DNA of 64,000 nucleotides from an uncultured bacterium (GTDB lineage Bacteria; Chlamydiota; Chlamydiia; Chlamydiales; 2-12-FULL-49-11): NCBI GenBank assembly GCA_964552055.1, contig CAZKFL010000002.1, positions 10,665 to 74,664 of the forward strand, read 5' to 3'. Shown piece by piece: positions 56,902 to 64,000 of this stretch (position 1 is its first letter; each line of letters starts with the position of its first letter). The notes under the pieces were generated by a model. It saw only the letters and a program-made list of their open reading frames with translations, ran no database searches and was not told where the DNA came from. The position numbers and the translations under genes were made by a program.

Positions 56902-56964
56902 GACTCATTCACCTTTGAAATAAAATTAAGATTGAACAAATTTACAGGAAAGAATCATATTTGT

Positions 56965-57060
56965 CTAGCCCGCATTTCTCACAATAACCCCTTGAAATTC
57001 GGTCAAGATGGGGTGACAGATCGCCCTAATTTTCTAGTTTTTGTGAGAAATGCAGGCTAG
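56965..57060. repeat. 20-bp inverted repeat with a ~56-nt spacer immediately 3' of the OPT gene
   Basis: CTAGCCCGCATTTCTCACAA (56965-56984) matches the reverse complement of TTGTGAGAAATGCAGGCTAG (57041-57060) at 19/20 positions. Confidence 0.7.
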
Positions 57061-57061
57061 G

Positions 57062-58933
57062 TTACTTGCGCAAAGAGAGTTTACCAAAAAGGAGCGTGAG
57101 CAAAAAAAACATGACAAGACCAAAGAGTGGAGATAAAAGACTATTCGCATCTGGAGAGATATATCCCAGCACTGTAAGGAGAGCGATGATCACTCCAATG
57201 CAAGCGTCGCCTGCAACTAGGCCAGATCCGATAAGAATTCCCGCTTCTTCAGACTTTTGTCTATGAAATCGTTTAATTAGATGTCTTAGTAGACCTCCGA
57301 GCATAAGTGGTGTGCTCACTTCAAGGGGAAGGTAGAGTCCTATTGCAAAAGGTAAAACGCGAACACTGAGGAGAATCATAACAAAGCCTAAAACAGCGCC
57401 AATAAGAACTAAAGTTGTTGGCAGTTCATGCTGAATCACTCCAGAGCCAATGATTGCTAAAAGAGATGCTTGTGGCGCAGGAAGTGCAGCGCTTCCAAAG
57501 ACGTATACTTTATTTAAGAGAATAAGAACAAATCCAATAATTAGAGAAGGGGCAAGAAGGCCGAGAATTTCTGCAATTTGTTGTTTTTTGGGAGTTGCTC
57601 CTAAAAGAAATCCTGTTTTAAGATCTTGAGAAGTAGTTGAGGCTAAACAAATAGAGACTGTGACTACAGCGCTCATTGTGATAGCCATGATTAGATAAAT
57701 GCGTTCTGTCCAACCAAGCATTGCGAATAGAGAACCAGTAATCAGAAGTGTTGTTAAAACCATTCCTGAGGCCGGATTTGACGAGCTGCCAACTAAGCCG
57801 ACAGTAATTGATGTTACTGCTACAAAAAAATATCCTAAAATAGTAAGCAATACGATGGTAAATATATTCATATTCAGGCCTGGAATAAGCCATAAAAGAA
57901 GGATAACGGCAATTGAACCTAATACTAACCATCTAAGCGAAATATCAGTATCCGTTCTGATTTGCGTCTCTCTTTTATTAAACAGCTCTTTAAAACCTAC
58001 ATGAACTGTTTTTGCAATCATGGGAAAGATGCCAACCAAGTTATAGATGCCACCTACCGCTACAGTTCCAATTCCAATATAACGAAGGTAGGAAGACCAA
58101 ATATCAACTGCGCTCATTTCAGATATCGGAATCGTTGCGGGAAAGATAATAAGACCTTTTGTTGCATAAAGTTTAATTAATGGTATAAAAACCCACCAGC
58201 CAACTGCTCCACCTGCAAACATAATAGCGGAAATTTCTAAGCCAATTATATAGCCAACGCCCAATAATGAAGGTGATCCCTCCATTCGAAATTGGGTATT
58301 TTCAAAAGGACCAATAACAAAGGTTGCTAAATCATCCCACAAATGAAATGCGCCAGTAAGCAATTTGTAAAAGCCACCAATAATTATGCCCCAAATCGCA
58401 AAGATTGCTTGTTTAGACTCTTTTGCACCCGCTTTTAAAATTTCTGCACATGCCGTCCCTTCAGGAAACGGAAGTATTCCATGCTCTTTGACAATAATAT
58501 ATCTACGCATAGGGATCATAAATAAAATCCCCAAAACCCCGCCCAAAAACGAAAGGATAAAAATATTTGTATTTGAAATATGCGAACCAAGCAGAAAGAG
58601 AGCTGGAATAGTAAAAATGATTCCTGCCGCAAGCCCTTCACCTACAGACGCAATTGTTTGTACAATGTTATTTTCTAAAATTGAGACATTTTTAAAAAAA
58701 AGCTTTAAGATCGCCATTGAAAGCACTGCAGCTGGAATAGATGCGGAAATTGTCATTCCCATTTTTAGGCCAAGATATGTATTACCTACAGTAAAAATTA
58801 GCCCAAGAATAACTCCCAGTATAGCAGCACGCAAAGTAAATTCAGGCATTTTTTTGCCTGGCGCAACAAAGGGCTCAAAAGGTTTTGTCTTCTCCATTTG
58901 CTTCACCCTGTAAATCCTTATCTTTCTTTTCAA
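57062..58933 (-). CDS. OPT-family oligopeptide transporter
   Basis: EFTLRAAILGVILGLIFTVGNTYLGLKMGMTISASIPAAVLSMAIL N-terminal signature and more than 14 TM helices. The likely start is the Met at 58897. Confidence 0.85.
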   Translation of the reverse strand: MKRKIRIYRVKQMEKTKPFEPFVAPGKKMPEFTLRAAILGVILGLIFTVGNTYLGLKMGMTISASIPAAVLSMAILKLFFKNVSILENNIVQTIASVGEGLAAGIIFTIPALFLLGSHISNTNIFILSFLGGVLGILFMIPMRRYIIVKEHGILPFPEGTACAEILKAGAKESKQAIFAIWGIIIGGFYKLLTGAFHLWDDLATFVIGPFENTQFRMEGSPSLLGVGYIIGLEISAIMFAGGAVGWWVFIPLIKLYATKGLIIFPATIPISEMSAVDIWSSYLRYIGIGTVAVGGIYNLVGIFPMIAKTVHVGFKELFNKRETQIRTDTDISLRWLVLGSIAVILLLWLIPGLNMNIFTIVLLTILGYFFVAVTSITVGLVGSSSNPASGMVLTTLLITGSLFAMLGWTERIYLIMAITMSAVVTVSICLASTTSQDLKTGFLLGATPKKQQIAEILGLLAPSLIIGFVLILLNKVYVFGSAALPAPQASLLAIIGSGVIQHELPTTLVLIGAVLGFVMILLSVRVLPFAIGLYLPLEVSTPLMLGGLLRHLIKRFHRQKSEEAGILIGSGLVAGDACIGVIIALLTVLGYISPDANSLLSPLFGLVMFFLLTLLFGKLSLRK

Positions 58934-58966
58934 TAAAAATTATTAAAAACCCTTGAAAAATGGAGA

Positions 58967-61900
58967 TTAGAATTTTACCCCAAGCTGTGCAGAAAAGATC
59001 CCATCAAAATAATCATGAGATATTTCGGAGTCATAAAGAATTGTGAGAAAGGCTCTATCTTCACAAAAATTACCTGTAAAACTTATACCGGGTGAAAAGA
59101 GGCTACGGTTTGGAAAATATCCAGACGATGTGAACGTAAGCCCATCTGTATCAATAAAACTTGCAACTGTATTTTCACCATTAAAACGTTCTTCAAAGAC
59201 CCAGCTAAGTTTAATATCTGCAATAAGAGTGTTACGTTTGGAGACGTTGAAGCATTTGGCAAAACTTAGACCGAGTTCATTGCGGTACATTTGTGGATTT
59301 GTGGGGCGCACTTCTAGATTAAGGATGCCTGCGTTTTCTTCCGTAAAGCCATCTTCTTGACTAAGAATATAGTCCCCTGATTCAAAAGGTCTTAGTGTGT
59401 AACCTTTGAAAGAGAAATTCCAACCAATATCTAGATGAGCTAAGAGCTCAGTTCCATCATGCTTACTAATAGCTGTTTGATTAACACCTGGAAACTTGAT
59501 GTTTCTTGCTGCTTTATACACGTTCCAACCACCTAAAAGTGATGTGTTTAGGTATGGGCCGTTTCCGATAATTGATCCATAGACACCCAAGTAGCCGCTA
59601 TAAATATTTCCATTTGCCTCACCATCTTCAAAGTGCACATTAGATGAGGTTCCTGCTCCCATGATTCCAATGTAGGTGCAATCAAAAAAATTGTAATCAA
59701 TTCCGATCGAGCCGCCACCTGTTTTACTATGGTAACCGATTTGTGAATTGGTATCATCTATGAGTGAATCTTGATTGAGTCTGCTATAAAAGCCATCGAT
59801 CCATACATAGAGAGGATTTTTATTTGTGCTGCATTTATGAATTGCGGAGCACTGCAGCTGATCCAAAAGTGTTTGAAATCTTGTGGAAATTGTGTCTCCC
59901 ACTCTAATTCCAGCATTCTCTTGGACAATAGCAAACCCTTTTAGAAGAGATGGTAGCATCTGATTATAGGCAGTATTTAAATCTCCATTAGATAAATAAA
60001 AGAGATTATCAAGTTCGGGTGTCCAAGAGGATATATTGGAAAGGGAAATTGCATCTAAGATGGCAGCTACATTAGTTGCATTAGAACCAATTGCAACAGC
60101 CTTATAGGAAAGAACGCTCAATGTAAAATCAAGATTCTCAATTTGGGAGCCATCAACCACATATGTAGAATAACCAAAAGCTCTTTCTGGGAAAAAAACT
60201 GTATTTGTAAAAGTTCCGGTAATACCACCATCTGCATGTATTAGACGATATGTAGTATCTGGCGTGTAATTTCCAACTAGCGGCTCAATTTTTAACGTAG
60301 CACCCGGGTCAATGGTAATTGTTGAAGTAGAGATAATAGAATCAGAATCAGAAGGAGTCATTTCCATTTCGAGAACAGAGCCTGTTGCAAATGTATGTGG
60401 GCTTGTATAAGTAATTGTTCCAATACTATTTCCTGGAGCTACTGTTCCATAGGCAATTGAATTTCCAGAGACTATTCCATTACCTCGAAATTTTGCTCCA
60501 AACTCCACAATTAAGTCCGACTGTAGGGAACCGTTGAGAGAAAGTGTTCCAGAGTGAATATGCGTCGTTCCGGTGTAGCTATGGTTCCCTGTTAAATTCA
60601 GTAACCCTGTCCCCTCCTTTACAAGATCCCCACTTCCAGAAATAACACCCTCAAAAATCATATCATTATCATTACCAACTGTTAAAGTTGCTGTTCCAAG
60701 TTCTATATGGCCACCTCCAGAAAGAGATGAAATTGTATTATCATAACCATTGAGATGCACTATCCCAGAGCAATCTTTATCCATATTCAGAGTAGAATTT
60801 CGCGGAAAAATTTGAAAACCCTCAATTTGCAAAATGCCATCAAGGACTCTTGTTTCTCCAAAATAACTATGGCCTGAACCACTAAGGATTAAGGTGCCTG
60901 GACCTGATTTGATAAAATCTCCAGAGCCAGATACTGCGCCTGAAATAGTTAATTCATTTTCTGGATGAATTTTCGCAGTATTAAGCAATTGAATATCTTT
61001 TGTTAACGTAAAATTAGTACCTTTTGATTTTAGTATCCCATCATTTATGGTCATAATTGGAGAATTTCCGAGCGCAGACTCATTAGTAATTGTAAGGAGC
61101 CCTGAATCACAAATCTCTGTGATTCCGGAATATGAGTTAACTCCTGAAAGAACAAGTTCACCACTACCTTTTTTTATAAGACCGCCACTTCCTTCAATTG
61201 AACCAGCAAATGTTGCGCATGAGAGATCAGACGCAACTGTTAATGTACCGCTACCTAGAAGAACTTTACTGCCTAAATCACCTCTTAATGCAGGAATTGT
61301 ATTACATGAATCATTTAAATCCAAAATGCCATGCGATCCAATAGAAATTATAGAATTTGGAGAGAGTGCATTTTCAAAGCCTGCTCTTATGCATCCGTTC
61401 TTTATGGATGTAATGCCACTATAGATATTATTTAATCCACTTAAAGTAAGTGTTTGGCTACCGGTTTTAATAATTCTGCCCATAAACGGAACAGATGTAA
61501 TTGATCCGTTAAATTCTGCATCTTTATCTACATGAATAGAAAGTGTTGCTGCACTCAATTTAACAACACCAAAACCTTCTAAACCTGCGATTTTATTATC
61601 ATGATTTCGCAAATCAAGCACGCTTTCATCACTTGCTAAAATAACAGAAGAGTTTGGTGAAAAAGCGTAATCTACTCCTGCAGAAAAACATCCATTGCCA
61701 ATTATAGTATATCCGCTATATGTATTGGATACTCCTGAAAGCTTAAATTCAGACTTACCTAATTTTATTAGATTTCCGGTGCCTGAAATTTGACCTTTAA
61801 AGCAACTTTCCTGCTCATTACCGAAAGTAAGCGATCCTCCGTCTAGAATAACACTGCCGCTCTCACCATATAAATTTGCAATTGTATTATCATAACCATT

Positions 61901-63889
61901 TAAGTGAATAGCGCCATCCAAGATAGTAACGCTTGAATTTTGCGAAAACGCATTTACATTACCTGCTTGTAACCTTCCGGAATGAATTCTAGTCTCACCA
62001 CTGTATGTATTATTTGTTCCAGAAAGAGTCAGCGTTCCTAAACCTTGTTTAACAAGAGCGCCGCTACCAGAAATTGATCCAGAATAAGTTTTTGAATCTG
62101 CATCACCTGTGATTAATGTGCCAGACCCTAAGAGACATAAGCCACTTCCGCTTAAATTTCCAATTGTATTCGAATACCCATTTAGATCAAGAGAACCTAA
62201 CTCACCAATTTCTACTTTAGAAATGGGAGAAAATACATTGTTTTGCCCCGCAACAAGTCTGCCCGCTTCAATAAGAGTTTGCCCAAGATAGGAGTTATTT
62301 GACCCATACAGAATAAGCGTCCCACTTCCATCTTTAATTATGGCTCCAGATCCCAGAATAGATCCAAAGAAACCTGTTGAGACTTCTTCCCTTACTGTTA
62401 ATGTAGATGCGCCAAGATGAACATTTCCACCATAGATTCCGCCACCACTTAAGCCGCCAATTGTGTTATTAAAACCACCAAGATCTAGAATCGCACTTTC
62501 ATTATTTTCAAAGTTGACTTCAGAGCTTTCAGAAAATGCATTGGAAGTACCCGCAATTAATTTCCCTGATTGGATTGACGTCACCCCTGAATAGGAGTTG
62601 AGTCCTGAAAAACACATCTCACCTAATCCGGTTTTAACAATTCCGCCATTTCCGCTAATACTTCCTGAAAAATTAGCATCACTGTCATTGCCTCCAAACG
62701 CAAGCGCAGAGTTGTTGATATAAACCTTACCAGAACCTGTTAAGTTAGCAATTTCATTATCATAGCCGTTAAGTTCAAGGACACCTTCGTCTGCAATAAC
62801 AATTGTTGAATTCCGCGAGAATGCATCGGTTTCGATAGCGCGAAATGTTCCTCTCTGAATAAGTGTATCACCACTATATGTGTTATTTGTACCCGCTAAT
62901 TGGAATGAATCTAATGAGTCGAGGGTAATACCCCCTGTTCCAGAAACATCTCCAAAATAGATTGCGCTCGATGAGTTTATAAGATTTAGTCTTCCGGAGC
63001 CTAAAAAAACCTTTCCAAACCCTGATAAACTCGAGATTGTATTTGTATATCCATTACAATCAAGTATTGCGCCATTTTCAGCACTTAGACAAATAGTCGA
63101 GTCCGGAGAAAAAACATCATCGTCGCCAGCCCTTAAAACGCCATCTACAATTAGCGTCTCTCCCCTATAGCTATTAGACCCAAGTAAAGTCATCACAGAC
63201 GGGCTGCTCTTAACAATTCCACCTAACCCGAAAATTCCACCTAGAAAATTTGAGTCGCTACTGCCCGCAATTGTCAGGACACCTTCTCCTAACACAACAT
63301 TTCCATCACCGGTTAAGCTAGCAACTGTATTGTCATAAGAATTTAAATCAAGAGATTGACCTAGATTAATAAAGATCTGAGAATTTGGAGAAAATGCATT
63401 AGCAACTCCTGCTTGAAGGACTCCAGACTCTATAATTGTTAATCCTGAATAGGTGTTTCTATCAGAATTAAGCGTTAAAACACTCGCGCCAATTTTAACT
63501 AAATCACCAGATCCTTGAAATGATCCGTCGCAAGTAAGTATTCCCCGCGTATCTATTGCACCTTCATTTAAAAGATAAAAGTCCCTAGAAGTTTTAAAAC
63601 TGCCAACTATTATTAACTTCGCGTTATCTAAAGTGACAGGAAACTCAGGCAATCCCAAATTCAAATCGTTTGTAATAGAGATTGCGCCACCACCAATAAT
63701 TGTTGTAGGGCCTGAATACTTATTTAAATTCAAAAGAGTGAGAACACCGCTTCCAGCCTTTAACAACCCTTCTGTACCTGACAAAGCTTCATGTACAGTA
63801 ATATCAGAATCAGTTTCCCAAATAAGGGGGCCTGCAAGAAGGTGTAAACTTAAAAAACTAAAGCAAAGATAAAAATTTTTTGTTTCCAT
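58967..63889 (-). CDS. Giant autotransporter with repeated passenger modules and a C-terminal beta-barrel
   Basis: Signal peptide, then about 10 modules of ~95 aa (LNGYDNTIxxLxGxG..LGxGTLT....FxGxISGxGxLxKxGxGxLxLSGxNxYSGxTxIxxGxLxAG.NAFSxNS). GTVAPGNSIGT and a ~290-aa barrel ending in an aromatic residue (..QLGVKF) follow. Confidence 0.9.
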   Translation of the reverse strand: METKNFYLCFSFLSLHLLAGPLIWETDSDITVHEALSGTEGLLKAGSGVLTLLNLNKYSGPTTIIGGGAISITNDLNLGLPEFPVTLDNAKLIIVGSFKTSRDFYLLNEGAIDTRGILTCDGSFQGSGDLVKIGASVLTLNSDRNTYSGLTIIESGVLQAGVANAFSPNSQIFINLGQSLDLNSYDNTVASLTGDGNVVLGEGVLTIAGSSDSNFLGGIFGLGGIVKSSPSVMTLLGSNSYRGETLIVDGVLRAGDDDVFSPDSTICLSAENGAILDCNGYTNTISSLSGFGKVFLGSGRLNLINSSSAIYFGDVSGTGGITLDSLDSFQLAGTNNTYSGDTLIQRGTFRAIETDAFSRNSTIVIADEGVLELNGYDNEIANLTGSGKVYINNSALAFGGNDSDANFSGSISGNGGIVKTGLGEMCFSGLNSYSGVTSIQSGKLIAGTSNAFSESSEVNFENNESAILDLGGFNNTIGGLSGGGIYGGNVHLGASTLTVREEVSTGFFGSILGSGAIIKDGSGTLILYGSNNSYLGQTLIEAGRLVAGQNNVFSPISKVEIGELGSLDLNGYSNTIGNLSGSGLCLLGSGTLITGDADSKTYSGSISGSGALVKQGLGTLTLSGTNNTYSGETRIHSGRLQAGNVNAFSQNSSVTILDGAIHLNGYDNTIANLYGESGSVILDGGSLTFGNEQESCFKGQISGTGNLIKLGKSEFKLSGVSNTYSGYTIIGNGCFSAGVDYAFSPNSSVILASDESVLDLRNHDNKIAGLEGFGVVKLSAATLSIHVDKDAEFNGSITSVPFMGRIIKTGSQTLTLSGLNNIYSGITSIKNGCIRAGFENALSPNSIISIGSHGILDLNDSCNTIPALRGDLGSKVLLGSGTLTVASDLSCATFAGSIEGSGGLIKKGSGELVLSGVNSYSGITEICDSGLLTITNESALGNSPIMTINDGILKSKGTNFTLTKDIQLLNTAKIHPENELTISGAVSGSGDFIKSGPGTLILSGSGHSYFGETRVLDGILQIEGFQIFPRNSTLNMDKDCSGIVHLNGYDNTISSLSGGGHIELGTATLTVGNDNDMIFEGVISGSGDLVKEGTGLLNLTGNHSYTGTTHIHSGTLSLNGSLQSDLIVEFGAKFRGNGIVSGNSIAYGTVAPGNSIGTITYTSPHTFATGSVLEMEMTPSDSDSIISTSTITIDPGATLKIEPLVGNYTPDTTYRLIHADGGITGTFTNTVFFPERAFGYSTYVVDGSQIENLDFTLSVLSYKAVAIGSNATNVAAILDAISLSNISSWTPELDNLFYLSNGDLNTAYNQMLPSLLKGFAIVQENAGIRVGDTISTRFQTLLDQLQCSAIHKCSTNKNPLYVWIDGFYSRLNQDSLIDDTNSQIGYHSKTGGGSIGIDYNFFDCTYIGIMGAGTSSNVHFEDGEANGNIYSGYLGVYGSIIGNGPYLNTSLLGGWNVYKAARNIKFPGVNQTAISKHDGTELLAHLDIGWNFSFKGYTLRPFESGDYILSQEDGFTEENAGILNLEVRPTNPQMYRNELGLSFAKCFNVSKRNTLIADIKLSWVFEERFNGENTVASFIDTDGLTFTSSGYFPNRSLFSPGISFTGNFCEDRAFLTILYDSEISHDYFDGIFSAQLGVKF

Positions 63890-64000
63890 ATTTTTTCTAT
63901 ACCAATCCTAAAATATTAGAGCAACCACCAACAGGCAAGACTTAAATAAATAGCAGTTGTAATTGTATCCACAAACATTAGGACAATTGGACCGGATGCT

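Noticed and set aside
58386-58913. 175-aa plus-strand ORF, together with many other 60-125-aa ORFs in the track (for example 1939-2298, 3265-3531, 24448-24774, 57618-58004, 59043-59360, 61047-61424).
   Set aside because: All lie entirely inside much longer opposite-strand or other-frame genes that carry clear family motifs (OPT transporter, SulP, autotransporter and others). They have low-complexity or odd composition and are treated as shadow ORFs.
58967-63889. Assignment of the giant autotransporter to the chlamydial Pmp (polymorphic membrane protein) family.
   Set aside because: Pmp passengers are defined by many GGA(I/L/V) and FxxN repeats. I find essentially one GGAI and no regular FxxN pattern. 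The repeats instead match the generic autotransporter beta-strand repeat.
1-64000. CRISPR arrays, rRNA operons, IS transposases, integrases and toxin-antitoxin pairs.
   Set aside because: Scanning intergenic regions and ORF translations found no regularly spaced direct repeats, no rRNA-like sequence, no DDE/tyrosine-recombinase motifs and no obvious small paired TA genes.

Overview
AT-rich bacterial chromosome segment, densely packed on both strands, with no rRNA, CRISPR array, transposase or integrase that I can see. The gene content suggests an obligate intracellular, Chlamydiae-like (environmental chlamydia) organism; this is inference from content, not a database hit. It includes two TLC/NTT nucleotide translocase paralogs, many solute importers (two GadC-like APC antiporters, NSS, OPT, SulP, TauE), and several eukaryote-like or effector-like proteins: a RING-H2 membrane protein, a tandem kinase/pseudokinase, an AT-hook protein and an Inc-like bilobed membrane protein. 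Recognisable housekeeping genes are smpB-dnaN-recF, pgi, trmB, pepC, tRNA-Pro(UGG) and tRNA-Leu(UAG). Two metabolic genes look inactivated: a malic enzyme by a frameshift and a GH5 glycosidase by one in-frame TAA. The most unusual observations are these. (1) A 681-bp tandem segmental duplication has nearly identical non-coding flanks, yet the small membrane-protein gene inside it has diverged strongly. (2) A tandem pair of large paralogs shares a conserved uncharacterised C-terminal domain behind a Gly/Ala linker. (3) A pyruvoyl-ArgDC-like/ureohydrolase-fold fusion protein has substituted catalytic motifs and sits divergently to a GadC-family antiporter. (4) A kinase-pseudokinase tandem protein is followed by a SEC-C/YchJ gene. 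(5) A small family of palindromic intergenic repeats shares the core CTCTGCGGTGAA. All functional calls come from motif reading by eye and none has been checked by search.
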